DNA from: Vicugna vicugna
Taxonomy: Eukaryota
Assembly: GCA_013265495.1 (NCBI GenBank)
Contig: MU057719.1
Coordinates: forward strand, 62,001 to 126,000
Reading direction: 5' to 3'
DNA length: 64,000 nt
In this document: one piece after another, positions 1 through 13,012 of the stretch
How positions within the stretch are numbered: position 1 is the stretch's first letter
Layout: each line of letters starts with the position of its first letter
Program-made: the position numbers and the translations under genes
The notes under the pieces: generated by a model
Seen by the model: only the letters and a program-made list of their open reading frames with translations
Told to the model about the DNA's origin: nothing
Databases searched by the model: none

Positions 1-934
1 TGCTGGCTAGCCCACCCTCCCGACACCTGGGCTCACAGTGGGCATCTGAACTTCCGCTTGGCTCAACACAGCTGGTCCCTCAAGAGCTCCCAGTGTCCCT
101 TGGAGAGCTGACTTCACAGTGACGAGAAGGCTTTGGCCTCCTGGCTGCGAGCGGACTGGGTGGCTGCACCTCATCCCCTCCTGAGAGCCGGGAACGCCGT
201 GGCTTGGCCTTCCAGCTCATGCACGCCTGGGGTCTGTCCCACCAGGAGACTCAGAGAGAAACCCCCAACCTGAGCAGCCAGACCCCTCTGCCCGGGACCA
301 TAGGAGGGTAACCATGATCCAGACTCTAGTGGGCGCAGCCGGGACACTGGCCAGCACTGCAGGCGCTCAGGCTGCCCTTGGCCATGCCTCCCAGTTGAGA
401 GACGGACTTGCATCAGGTCGCACATAACAGTAGGGACCCCTGTCACGGCTCCCCTCACCAATGAGGAGGAGCTCTGGGTTCAAGTCCGGCTCAGCCACAC
501 CCTGCTGTGGGCCTGGAGCAGGAAGTCTCAGCGCTTGGAGCCCCAGGTCCTCCTGTCCCGAGGGGAGGGATTTTACTGGATCAAGCGAGGTGGTGCGCAT
601 GGCCGGGGAGCAGCTCCTGCCTCGGGCCCCAACCCCGTGTGAGCCCGCTCTCCAGGAGGAGGGACGCTGTCCATCACTGGAGGGCCGCCCTGCCGGCTCC
701 AGGAGCCCCCACTTCTGCCTTCCCGCCCTCGGCCCTGCCCACCGCCCCCTGCGGGCTGAGGCCTCAGCAGCCAGGGCTGCTGCCTGTCCACCCGGCCAGC
801 AGGGCGCTCCCCCCGCCTCGGACGAGGCATGAGCTCCACCACCTCCACTTTGACACAGTTGTGGGGGAGCCCAGGTGGGCCGGCCGGCGGCCAAGGGCAG
901 CACCTGAGACGCCAGGCCTCCCGGGACAGCAGGT

Positions 935-1250
935 TGCCCGGGGCTCTGACAAGGCGCCCCAGGCCGGGCGGCCTAGTGAGCCGCCCCCTCTCGTCCTGGG
1001 GACTGGAAGCCGCGGGCAGCGCTGCTTCTCCCGAGGCGGCCCCCGGGTGTGAAGACGGCCGTCTGATCCCCGCGTCTGCCGTTTGCGTGACTCCGTCCTA
1101 ACGTTCAGGAAGGACAACCAGCCTAAAATGCAGGGGCTTCCTTTACCTTTATCTTCCCTGTAAAGGCCTTTCATCAAAGACAATCGTGCCTGAAGTGCTG
1201 GGGGTCAGGGTTCAGTATGTGAATTTGGGGGGGCATAGCTCAGCCCCCAA
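935..1250 (-). mobile_element. MLT1-type MaLR LTR (MLT1A/B-like), GC-enriched
   Basis: Reads as the reverse orientation of the MLT1 consensus as remembered: 'ctggggactggaagcc', 'gaagacggccgtctg', and terminal 'gaagtgctgggggtcagggttcagtatgtgaatttggggggcatagctcagccc'. Boundaries approximate. Confidence 0.7.
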
Positions 1251-4200
1251 CGCCCTGGCAGCCCCAGTCTGCAGGCCTTTTGGAGAACCCCAGGGATGGA
1301 GGCACGCTGTTCTCCGGAACAGTAGGGGCATTCTGATGCCCGTGGGGGTGGGGACCCCGCCCAGCGGGAGCCCTCAGATGGCATCTCACCTGACGGTTCC
1401 TCCAGCCCAGCTGACAACCTCGCTCCTTTGGCAGGCAGAGTGGTCTGTCTGTTCTGTGACGCTGTCCACGCTGGGCAGGGGAGGGGGGTCCGGGGGCAGG
1501 ACGCAGCTGAGACACAGCCGCCCCTGCAGAGGCTCGGTCCGGGGTCTCCTCCCTCCCTGCAGCCACTCGCCCTTACCGTCCTGTGAACCAGTGTCCCCAG
1601 CCTGAGTCCCCAGGGTGCACAGGGGAATGCCCACAGTCTCTGTGACAAGCACGGGGGCCGGCAGGCACAGCAAAGCACAGAGGGCAGAGCCGGGCCCGGA
1701 AGGCCACGTGGTTACACAGGTGCCTCCCTGCACGGGGACCTGATCTCCGCATCCCACGACCGGCCCCCAGTCTGTGCTCAATCAAGCTCTGCTGGGTGAA
1801 CGAGAGAGCATGTGGGCTGTGCGGGGAAGAGCCGGCACAGGGAGCCAGGAGCGTGTGCTCTGGCCCTGGTTGTCACTTGAACTCCAGGGCTCCAGGCTTT
1901 CTCAAATGGTACCCATGAAGCTGCCCTCCACCATGTCAAAACTTCCAAACGCCAACAAATGAGGGCTTCCCCTCCACCCACCCACCGCCAGCCAATGCAG
2001 AGTCCAGCAAAGGAGCTCTTCCGCCCGGAGCTCACATCCAGGCCTGGAGGCCGCCGAGACGGCACCTGCACCCCAGGCGGCAGTCAGCCGCGGGCAGCAC
2101 ACAGACCAGAGCCTCGAGTCTGCCGGCGGCTGGAGCTCATTGTAGCTGCAGAGGTCGTCGGGGGCCAGCAGGCAGGTTTCTCAATGGCCAAGCCCGCCCC
2201 CCACATCGAGTGCAGGGACAGGACAGGACAGCACAGCACAGCCTGCCTGCTGCAGATCGCCCAGGATCGGCCAAGACGCAGACCTGGCGGGTGAATCAGG
2301 CCTGGCAGCCGCTCGGTGGCTGGCCCTCTCCCCGCTCCGTGCAGCCCGGCTGCTTCCACGCCATGCCCTCCCTGTTCCTATCGGGGCCAAGTAAACTTTT
2401 CAAGATAATGGAATTTCCAGGCGAAACAGCCCATGTCAGACACCAGTCGGACTTAGAACACACAGAGCGAGTTTGTGATTGTTCACGCGACAGGTGTCCC
2501 CACACCTCCCTCTCTGGGACCCGCTGGGCAAGTCACCCCCCTCCCCGGAGGTGTTTTACAGACAAGCGTTGAGCCCGCAGCTCAGGAAGACGTCGGCTGG
2601 AAAAACCTCCACTGATTCTCATAAAGCATCGTCTGTGCAGGTGAGAGCTGCCCAGAGGCCAGGGGCCGCTCCCCTGCTCCCCAGGGCATTTCTCGGCTGC
2701 CCGTGCCAGCGCCGACGAAGTAGGCATCGGTGGCGTCTTCCTCGACGGCCCGCACAGGACCCCACCTTGGAGGCGCGGGCAGAGGTGTCCATGGAGCCCA
2801 GCGCAAAGGGCCCTCCGGGTGGGCAAAGCTGCCTCGGACCCCAGCTTCCCGTCTATAAAATGGGCCAGGAGAGACCCCTCTGCAGGCCGTGTAATTGTTT
2901 GGGGGATGGCGCGGGGACTGTGCTTAGGAGAGGCTCCCACCACCCTGCTTCCCTGGGCTTCGGGGTCGGGGAACAGACCTCAGAGGGGCGAAGGCGTGGA
3001 CCAGTGAGTGGAGGCACTGGGGGCCTGGCCCCACGTCCGAGCTCTGGCCACATAGATGCAAAACGGCTCTGAAGGGCCTTGGCCACAGCTGCGTGGACCC
3101 CTGCCTGGGCCTGTCACCCTCCACAGGAAGAGCTTACTCCCTGAGCCCTCCCCATGAGCCCCTGTGTGCAGGCCCCGGGGCTCAGAATCAGGAGCCTGGC
3201 CAGACACCGTCTCCAGGGCCATTCTCCCTGCGGGCAGCAGAGGCTTGGGGTCTGGGGCTCGGGGGCTCGGAGCAGGTGCCCTGGTGGAGAGGCAGAGGCT
3301 GCTGTGGACAGGCATCCAAGGACTCGACCTCCAGGGGGTGGGGGGCTCCCCGAGGAGCTGACGCGGGAACTCAGACCTCAAAGTCCCGGAGGAGTCGCTC
3401 AGGGCCTGGTGCCGCCTCTCAGGGCTTCGTCCCCCGGTCGTCCCCACCAACAGCGGGAATGCACAGCCCAGGCCAGAGCCCAGAGGGAGACTTGTGGGCT
3501 GCACTTCGGGGCTGTGGGTGGGGCGGAGAGCGGGGGAGGCCGAGGGCTGGGGGGGCTCCTTGTCCAGGCAGGGGGCCTGGAGTCTTCCCAAGGAGAAACG
3601 GGGCACATGCAGAGTTTTAAGAGGAGAAGGTTCCTCAGAGCTGAGTTCTGGAAAGATCTCTGGCTGCAGAGAGGAGATCTGCTCGGAGAGGCAAGAGCAG
3701 ATGCGGGGGAGCCAGGTCAGGACAGGGACGATGAGGCCAGAGCGGGGGCAGAGGTGAGACTGGGGAGGCACTGGGGGGGCTTGCCGGGAGCCCAGGGCCC
3801 AGCCGGGGCGCTGACCTGCCCGTCTCGCACCCTTGTTGTGGACGCTGTCCGCTGCAGAGCTCACACCCGGTGCCGCCTTGCACAGGAGCCCCCGGCACCC
3901 ACGTGAGGGAGGTGCCGCCTCCCTGCCCGTCCGCAGATGGGGAACTGAGGCCCAGGGAGGGTCGCCGCCGCACCGGGCCCTCATCCCACCAGGACCTCAG
4001 GCGCCAGCTGTGTGTTCTCGATGCGGGCATCTCCTTCTGGTGCCCCCTTCACGGCCACCTCCAGGACCCCATTTGCCTGGCCCTGGACACTTCGCTGGCG
4101 GGGTCTCGGGAGGAGTCAAAGGCCGCTCTCAGAGGTGAGAGCCCCGGGAGAGGGGCGTGCAGGCCCCCACGTCCTGCTGCGTCTCTGCCGGACAGCGCTC

Positions 4201-4690
4201 GCGGCACGGCACCGCCGCCACTAAGGGATCAGATGGCAGACGCTCTGCAGGAAGCGGGGCTGCCTGCTGGTTAAAGAGTCCTGGCCGGGGACACGTGACC
4301 TTGTCCCATCCTCCCACTGACGCCATACGCGGGAACTGAGGGCAGCACCAAACCTGGAGGACGTGTGCGCAGGGACTGGGAGCTGGGTGGTCCCTCCTCT
4401 CGGCCCAGCCCCTGCGGCAGCCGCACACCTGAGCTTCCTCCCCCACTGGTGGGCAGCACCGGCTTCGGGTGGGCTGCGCACTTGCACGCTTAGTGGCCGC
4501 GGGGGTGCCTGGAAAGCAAAGTAGATGCTAATACAGGGCAAGACCTTCAGTTCCCCGTCAGGGTGGTGGTGTGGTTCTGGGTGGGACAGTGTCCAGGCAG
4601 GGCAAACGGACCTGCCCGTCCCTCCAAGCAGCCATGCTTCATGCTTAAGGGGCCCCTGTCCCGTGGCCATCGACGTCACCTTGGTCCCTG

Positions 4691-5095
4691 TGTCAGTGTC
4701 CTAGGGCTGCTGTGATGAACAACCACAGACCAGGTGGAAAACGACAGAAACGTAGCCGCTCCCAGTTCCAGAGGCCGGAGCCCAACCCGGGGTCGGCGAG
4801 GACGCCCTCCCCTGCGGCTCCTAGCGGAGGGGCTGGTCCAGGCTCTTCCCGCACCTGCCGGCCCCAGCTCATCCTTGGCTGTGGTCGCATTGCCCCGGTT
4901 TCTGCCGCCATCTTCAGGTGGCTTCTCCTGTGTGTCTGCTCTTTAACCTCTGTCTGTCTCTCTCTTAGAAGGACACTGGTGGTGGCATTTCGGCACCACC
5001 TGGGAACTCCAGAACGATCCCCTCATCTCAAGACTCTTAACTTCAATTCAGTGCATCTGCAAAGGCTTTTGTCGCAAGTGAGGTCACATTCACGG
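4691..5095 (-). mobile_element. MLT1-type MaLR LTR
   Basis: 'tgtcagtgtcctagggctgctgtgatgaacaaccacagacc', 'tctcttagaaggacactggt' and 'catctgcaaaggcttttgtcgcaagtgaggtcacattcac' are typical MLT1 blocks. Confidence 0.75.
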
Positions 5096-5994
5096 GCGCC
5101 ATCCTACCCACCGCAGTCCTGGGCCCAGGAAACTGGGCCTTCAGGGCCTGGAGTTTCAGGTCCCCACCCGCTAGGCCGAGCGGCGCCAGCGTGGTCCAAG
5201 CACGGAGGCAGCGCACAGAACCGGGGCCGCTCCCCGCATTGGTTCAGCAGTTTCCCCCCTGGCAGGGCTGAGCCGGGAGAGGATGAGGGCCGCCCGTGGG
5301 GTCCTGCAGCAGCAGCCGCTGCCCGGGAGCCACACGCCGTCTGGGCTGCTGGCTTTTCCAGTGCGGGCTGGTCCTACTTGTTCTCATTTTTACTGTTAAA
5401 CCAATGGTTTTCATGGAAATAGCTCCCAGATTAGATTTTCTTCCATAAGAGGAACTAGAAGGGAATATAGAATTTAAAACGAGTCTCCCCCGAAGTGGAC
5501 TTCAACCCGGACTCCAAGCTCACTTGTGCCTCAGAAGCTTTGAGCTCAGTCCCTGAGTGGAGCGGCCGCCGGGCTGCAAGTGGCTTGGGGGTGGGGGGCG
5601 GTGGAGAGGGAGCGTGGAGGGGGCAGTGATGCTGGCGGAACAGACACGGCAGCTGCGCCAGCCTGCAAGGCCTTTAACCCTCACTCGCTCCGCGGCACGA
5701 AGAGCATCCCCCGTCTGCAGGTAAGCATGCAGGCTCGGAGCACTGAGATGGGGGTCCCGGGATGTCCAGCCCCCGAGGGGAGGAGCCAGGCTCCCGTCCA
5801 GGCCCGTCCAGCCCGGGGTGCACCCTCCTACCCTGCGTCTTCCAGCAGACACAGTGCTGATCAGACCCATCCTGACGCTTGGGGCCTGATGGGGCGTCAC
5901 GACACCGGGACGGAGGGGGTGCAGAGCTGATGCTGGGGACTCCGGGCAGGGCTGGCTGTGGGAGGCTGACAATGGCTCCCAGAGACGGGCCCAC

Positions 5995-6400
5995 ACTCTG
6001 ATCCTCAGAACCTACGAACGTGACCTTATTTGGGAAGAGGGTCTGTGCGAATGTGCTTAAGTGAAGGACCTTGAGATAAGGAGACCAGAGTGGGTCAGCC
6101 CTAAAGGCCATCAAAAGTGCTCTTAGAAGAGGAAGACCGAGGGAGACTGAAAACAGACACACAGGCAAGAAGACCGTAGGAAGACGAGGCAGGGGCCGGG
6201 GTGACGTGGCCACGTGCCCAGAAACACCTGGAGCCAGTGGGGCCGGAAGAGACAAGGAAGAGCCTCCGCTGGAGCCTCCGGAAGGAGCTCGGCCCTGCGG
6301 ACACCTTGATCCCGGACTCCTGGTCTCCAAAACTGGGAGAGAATGAGTCGCTGTGTTTTAATCGTCTGCTCTGGGGTCATTTGTTGTGACGACCACAGGA
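5995..6400 (+). mobile_element. MLT1-type MaLR LTR (MLT1C/D-like)
   Basis: 'cctcagaacctacgaacgtgaccttatttgggaagagggtc', 'gaccttgagataaggagacc', 'ggccctgcggacaccttgatcccggactcctggtctccaaaactgggagag', 'tttgttgtgacgaccacagga'. Confidence 0.8.
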
Positions 6401-6714
6401 CACGAAGACGCTGGTCTTCTGGGGCCTCCAGGCCAGGCAGGTGGGCCCAGAGCACGGGCACCGGTGGGGGGACTGGGGCCGGGGGGCACACCCGGTGGCA
6501 GGTCTGGCTTGAGCCTAGGCTCCTGAGCTGATGTGACCCGGTGACTCGGCCCCTGGACACCTGTCCCCTTGCTGGGCCAATGGGGTGGGTCTTGGAGAAG
6601 GCGCCAGGACTGGGCCAGCCCTGGGCCATCCCTAAACCTGCTGTGGGGCCTGCGAGCCGACTGCTGCCCCAGGCCGGAGTCCAGGGAGAAGAGGATGGGC
6701 TCTGGGAGGCAGAG

Positions 6715-7045
6715 AGTGGGTCTTAAATCCAATAACAAGTGTCCTTATAAGAGACACAAGGAGGGGGGACACTGGTGAAGAGCGGAGGCCAGGTGCCCAC
6801 GGAGGCAGAGACCACAGTGCTGTGGCCACGAGCCCAGGGATGCCTGGAGCCACCAGCAGCTGGAAGAGGCAGGAGGGACCCTGCCCTGGAGCTGCCAGAG
6901 GAGCACGGCCTGCCCACGCCTTGGTTGCAGACTCCTGGCCTCCAGAAGCTCCCCAGAACGGAGAGCCCCATTTCTCTGGTTCTAGGCACCCACTGGATGT
7001 CCCACTTCCCACCTGTGGTGCTTTGTTATGGCAGATGCAGGAAGC
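6715..7045 (+). mobile_element. MLT1-type MaLR LTR (partial)
   Basis: 'ttaaatccaataacaagtgtccttataagaga', 'gatgcctggagccaccagcagctggaagaggcagg', 'gactcctggcctccagaa', 'ctgtggtgctttgttatggcag'. Confidence 0.8.
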
Positions 7046-7924
7046 GAGTGAACCGGGCGAGGCAGGCTCTCCAGGTCCCCTTCAGAGACCCCAAGCTCAA
7101 GATGCAAAGGCCAGCTGATCCCCACCAGAACTGGGGGTGACGTGGAGGGGGCCCACCTGCCCAGGCGCCCGGCCTTCCGGTGGCACTTGAGACTCGCCAA
7201 GCTGCCCGAGCCCAAAAGACACTGGCTCTGCGCCGAGCTTGCCAGGACCATCCATTCTGCACTCAAGTCCCACCTCTCAGCTGAGAAGAACCCAGAATCC
7301 GTGCCAAGCATAGGGAGACAGAATGTGTTCGGCGCTAATGAGACCCTGGGCTCGGGCATCTCCGGGCCGCTCCCCCCGGGGAGGGCACTTCCATGCTCCA
7401 GGGCACCCCGCCAGGGCCCCTGCCCGGTCAGGAATCTCCCCTTTGAAGCCCGTGGGCCTGTGCCAGTTTGGAGCACGGAGCCCAGTCCTTGCGGGAGAAT
7501 TAAAAGCAGCGCGCCGACGGTGCCTGCTGGCGTCGACTGGGCTCTCTTTTATTTTTGTCAACAAGGAGATTTGTTTTAATGGGAACCAGCAGAACCAAGG
7601 CTGCAGATTTTCCACTCCTGCAGGTCTCGGCAGCCGCGGCCTGGCTTCCCACCCCGGGCAGGACAGCTGCGAATTTTGTGCACGGTAGGGGGTGGGGGGG
7701 GGGAGGGCATCCAGGGGAGAAGGGACCTCGGCTCCATCTCGCCCCCCTTCCCTGGCACGGGCCCCTCCCTGCAGGGGGCCTTGTGCTGACCACCCTCTGC
7801 TGTGGACTCCCAGTGCCACCGGCCACTCTGCTGCCCCCTCCCTGCGCTGACCCCAGGGACAGGTGCTGACTTGTCCCCGACCCATGAGGGGGAGGCACCG
7901 AGGGCAGACCGGCTCCCCGTGAGC

Positions 7925-7990
7925 TGACTGTGTGCCTTGGCCAAGTTACCCAGCCTCTCTGTGCCTCAGTTTCCTCATCTGTATCGTGGG
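7925..7990 (+). mobile_element. MIR SINE core fragment
   Basis: 'tgtgccttggccaagttacccagcctctctgtgcctcagtttcctcatctgta' is the MIR core. Confidence 0.8.
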
Positions 7991-10900
7991 AGCCCCACGG
8001 GCTCTTGTGAGGACTGGGTGAGACAGAACACCCCCCCCTCCGTGGCCTGGCGCACAGAAGTGCTTGGTGTGCGTCCACTAATGTCAGTCAGACATAAGGC
8101 TAGACCGGAGAGAGCCAAAGCGGGGCGGGGGGCCTTGGGGGCATGTTTCCAGGCTGGCTGGCGTGCAGACCTCGGGTACTCAGAGGCCTCGACACTGGAA
8201 GTGTTCCCGGGCTGATAGGAGCCCCTGCCCCACAGTCCAGGGACCAGGCCACCCGGCTGCCCCTCTTCCACCTCTGCACACCTGGACAGCCTGCGCTCGA
8301 TGCTGACTGTGTCCCTGGGGCCTGTCCGCTTGCGAGGTGTCAGCAGAGTCCCCGTGGAGGCTGGAGCTGGCTGGTACCTGCGCACAGAGGCCAGCCGCAT
8401 GACTCCCAAAGTCAGCCGTGGTGGGAGGGACTCACACCATGGAAACTGGCAGACTCCACAGAGCCAGGCCTTTCCCTTACAGAGTTCGTCATTAAATATT
8501 TACCTGCAGGCCTCTGGTTGCACCCTTCGAGGCCGCCTGGCCTCAAGCCACTTCCTTGAGGCCCACTTGGTGGCCGCCATCTTCCTCTGAAAACTTCCAG
8601 CGAGGACTCAGGCCCTCAGGGGAGGACGGGAGGGAGATGCTCCCCCTTATCCATTTTAAAAGCTCAGATTTCCTGTGGGGCGGCCGTCTGCTTTCCTAAG
8701 AAGCTGTCTTTCTCAAGCAGCTGTCTTCAGATGTTTGAAGGACTGTCCTGTGGAAGAGGGGTTATCCCACACGGGCCCAGAGCACAGCAGAAACGCCACT
8801 GGGTGGAGATTTCACTCCACGTGGGTCTTAGGGCCACAGGGAGCCGTCCCAGAACTTTTCCGGCCTGAGGGCCCCTCAAACCTCAGCCCATTTTCAGCGT
8901 GAACGAGCCCCTCGCGCACCCACTCGCCAGGCGCAGCCAAGTCCTCCTGGCTTCAGCACCAGTCGTCCTCCAGGAAAGGGAGACACGCGCCGCTCTTTGC
9001 ACAGGCCTGGTCTGCAGCAAGAATCCCGTGCACGGCTGCGTCAGGTCATGCAGCTTCGGGGCCGGGCGGGCTCTTGGAGGTGAGCTGGGTACCAACGCTG
9101 TCGCTCAGCCAGCACCCGAGGAGGACTGTTTCTCCGTCACAGCCCCCAGCTCAGGCACCTGGGGACAACGAGGCTCCCCACCTCCCACCCTGGTGGGGGC
9201 TGGGGCCGCATTTGCTGGCCCTGGAACTAATTGGCTTTCTTTCAGACCATCAGCTGAACATCCTGGACACAAAGCACACTGTCCTGCTTTGTTTACTTGT
9301 TCGACAAATTAGAGCAATCACAGCAGAAATAAAACTGGGCTGGCTAACAGTCTTCTGGGGGAACCAGTGGGCTGCACACGGCCGGACATCAGCCTCACGG
9401 TGGAGTCCGGGAAAGGTGGGTACTGGGCAGTGAGCAGTAAATCCGTTCTACCGGCTGGTTGTCTGCAGCTCGTGCGACGCTTCCAAGCACATCGTTACTT
9501 CTGCGCCACACCCGCAGGGAGACGGCGAAAGGCGGGGCTTGGCCCAGACGGCAGCGCAGTGTGTGGCAAAGCCCGAGTGGGAGCGCTGGGCTCCTGGCCA
9601 CCGGCTCGGCCTTTGTCCCGTGTAGAATGGCCACTTCTGAGACACAGAAGCGGTGGCACTGTAGAAACAGCAGGTCCCAAGAACTGAGCGTCCGGTGCCT
9701 GCCAGGCTCCGTGGAGTAGGTCCCCCAGACACAAAACCGCCTTTTACTCTTGCAAAAATTCTGGTTCCCGGATGCCCTCACTGCTGCTTCGTAGATGAAC
9801 CCGAGGCTTGGAGCAGGGACGGGGCATCCAGGCTGGAACGTGGGCCAGGTCTCCCCGCTGCGCTCTCGGGCTCCGTCCCGTGCCGGGGCACCCCTGCGGC
9901 TGAGGCCGCGCGATGGCTCCCTCCGGCGCCGAGACCAGGGTCAGGGGAAGCCATGCTGCTTGCTCGGAGGGAAGATGTAGACAAGACTTGTGTGCAAGCG
10001 CCCACGGAGGTGTCACTCTAGAGGCTGCCGGGTCTGTTCGAGAAAGTGCCGGCTTTAGAGGCAGGAGGGCCTGTCGGGCCCACCCGTTTGCCTAATCCAA
10101 ATGGCTGAACCACCCTCCTGTTTTTCGGAATGAGACTTACTGCTCCAGAAAGACTCTGCCTCACGTGCACGAGCCCCAGGCTGCGGGAGGCAGGCGGCAG
10201 GAAGGTCTCGGTCACCCTCAGTGACGGGCGGTCGTGCTGGGGGGACGGGGGCGGGGGGCACTGGAGGCCCTTGGTCGGCCCCCGTCCGCTGCAGAGCACT
10301 GTTTCCAACGGCTGGAGTGGGGGGACATCCACAGACACGTCTCACGTGCCAGCCTCACTGGCAGGCCGGCTGGTGACTGAGGAGCCTGCAGACCTCAGGC
10401 AGGTGGGCCCTGAGCTGGGAGAGGCAGGTTCAGGGTCACGTAGGCAGCGGGACTAGAGTCAAGTCGAGCAGAACGCCGGAGACGAGGCTTGTGCCGGCCT
10501 CTCTGAGACCAGGTGGCGGCTGCTCCAGGGCTTCTGGGGCATCGTGGAGGCTTCTGGAAAGTCGGCAGTCCCTTTGTGCGTGGCGGCTTTACAAGGTAGA
10601 CCAGATGGCCAGAGGACGCTTTGTTCCATTCTTCTTCATTGGGTCTGGAGAGGTTTTTTTCTTCTTCTTCTTCTTCTCCTTTTTCTTTCTTTTTATTTCT
10701 AGTTCTGAAGAAAGACTCTGAGAGAATCTGAATGCCCACACATAAAATAGCCTACTCCGTCATTCCTCTATCACAGAGAAAATCTCCAAACAGTTTGAGA
10801 AACAGACTGACTGACCCCTGCGTGGAAATTCTGGCGGGTCTCCTGACCCCGAGCAGCTTGCCGACCCCTCTGAACTTAAGCTTCCTTCTCCTGGGCTCTG

Positions 10901-11029
10901 GCGATGATGAAATGGAATAACTCACATGGCGAGCTCCTCCCGTGCCCAGTGCGGAGAGTGTGCCCCGCAAACTCAGCTGTAAAATTCACGCCTGACCCTT
11001 GCTGAGGGCTGCGCTGTGGCTGCGGGCCT

Positions 11030-11280
11030 GCAGCTCTGTACAGCATGGTAGCCACTAGCCACACGTGGCCATTTATATAGCAACTTAAATTTCATCAAAA
11101 TTTTCAAAAAATAAAATAAAATTCATTAGAATTAAAATTTTAAATTCAGCTTGTCAGTTGCACTGGTCCATTTCAAGCATCCGATGGCCACAAGTGACAA
11201 GTGCCGACAAATTACACAACACAGACACAGGACGTTTCCACCAGGCAACAGAACTCCTTCGGGCTTTGCACAGCATTGGT
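11030..11280. mobile_element. MER3/MER33-like hAT-Charlie DNA transposon remnant
   Basis: 'catggtagccactagccacacgtggcc', an AT-rich centre, then 'ttgcactggtccatttcaagcatccgatggccacaagtg'. This is the internal quasi-palindrome typical of MER3/MER33. Confidence 0.7.
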
Positions 11281-11430
11281 CCAGAACCTCGTCGGGCCCA
11301 CAGTCAGCTGGGATGTGGGTTAAAAATGCACATCCCTGTGCTCCACCCCCGGAGGTGCTGCTGCGAGGAGCCCCGGATGTGCACACAGAAGCTGCCGGGT
11401 GATTCTGACACGTGACATACTGACCAATGG
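11281..11430. mobile_element. MER5A-like hAT remnant
   Basis: 'gttaaaaatgcacatccctgtgctccaccccc' and 'gggtgattctgacacg' resemble MER5A. Confidence 0.5.
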
Positions 11431-12809
11431 ACATCCTCTGTGCCCACGAGGCAGCTGAGTGCAGCTTCTTGCAAAGCCCCTAGGGAGTGAGAGGCCTCCC
11501 GCCGTGGGCTTCTGCTCCGGGGGCGCTCATCCCCCCCCACCAGCCGAGCAGTCCCCGGAGGCTCAGACCCTTCCCACCCGCACCGCCGAGGCCTCCACGT
11601 CTGCTGGGCGTCAGGGCGCACACCCTCGGCTGCGCTGGCCTCTCCAGATTGCAGCACGCTGCGCTCTGGGCACATGGCCTGATGAAACGGGTCACCCCAT
11701 GTGAAAACCAGGGCCTTGAGGACAGCAACTGTCCCAGAGCGCGCGTGCGAGTCCAATCCTCTGAAACGCAGCCTCCGCCCCCAGGAACGCTGTAACAGAA
11801 ACAGCCCTCGAGAGGAGAGAGCACGGGCAGGGACGCTGCGCGCTAGCTTCTTGAAAATGAATTATGTCGTGCTGGCTGGAGCCCGGCCCGTGGTTGCCAC
11901 ACAACTGATGCTTATTTCTGTCCATTCACAGCTTGTCAAGTCTGCGCCGGATTCACTCGAGCTCTGGGAAATTCATCAGTGTGACCCAGAGGACAGCTCT
12001 GATGTCCGGGGCAGCCCTGCCCTTCCTCCCGCCACTGGCCGGCCATCGCCAAGGAACTGTCCTCCATTACCTGGAGCCCATGGCGGCCTCCTGTCCCAAG
12101 CCAGCTGCTCTCATGTGACCACACGCTGATTCCATGTGACGTCCAGTCGCTCAGGGTCCCCACTCAGTCACCAGAGAGCTGAGGCTCATGGGCCTGGGCC
12201 AGGTCTGGCGCTAGACACTGCCCTGCAGAGTGGGACAGACAGGGCACCAGCCCTGCTCCGAGGGGCTCGGTCAGCAGCTCCCTGCAGCGCACCCCAAGAT
12301 CTCCATCTTGGAAGCCTGCCCAGAGGGGACCGAGGCCAGTTCTGGGGGGAGGGAGAGGGAGGGCAGAGGGACGGAGGGAGGCTTTCGGAAGAATAAGGAC
12401 CACGGAAGCTCCAGTAGCAAGTGAAGTGTGGAGGGCCTCCCAGGGACGTGCGTGGGCATCGGTGTGGCGTGGCTGGAGAGGGCGAGGGCACCACAGTGGG
12501 CGTGGGCTGTTAACCACGACGGGCCTCGATCGCCATCGTGGATGTGGTTTCTGTTCCTCCCCGTCATCAAAATGAACCCAAAGCCCCGGCCAGCTTCCTT
12601 TCCAGCCCGCTCCGCAGGGTCAGGCACAGGCTGGGGCAGGGCTGCGGAGCGCCTCCTCGGAAGGCTGGCTGGCGGAGTCTGCCTCCTTCCCCGTCCGGCT
12701 GTCCCCACCTCTGCCCCGTCCAGCCCCGCCTTGACCCCTCCTCACTCAAGTAGGCCTGGTCTGGACGCATACACAGACTGGAATCAGGTTTCTTCATAGC
12801 AGATCTCAC

Positions 12810-13012
12810 AGCCTCAGCTCTATCAACATTTAGGGCCAGAAAACTGTCTGCTGCAGCCGTACTGGGCTCTGCAGAAAGTTTAGCAACATCCCTGGCCTCG
12901 ACCCACTAAAGCCAGTGGTGTCTCCTGTTTGCAGTTAAAAAAAAAAAAAAAAGCATCTCCAGGCCTTGTCGCATGTCCACTGGGAGCAAAACTGCCCTGG
13001 TTGAAGACTACT
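12810..13012 (-). mobile_element. MER20 hAT-Charlie DNA transposon
   Basis: 'tttagcaacatccctggcctcgacccactaaagccagt' and 'atgtccactgggagcaaaactgccctggttgaagactactg' match the reverse complement of the remembered MER20 consensus. Confidence 0.8.

Noticed and set aside
2980-3984. 334-aa minus-strand ORF, the longest in the track
   Set aside because: Pro/Gly/Ser/Arg-rich with no recognisable domain, and overlapped by similarly long ORFs in other frames. This is expected where high GC depletes stop codons.
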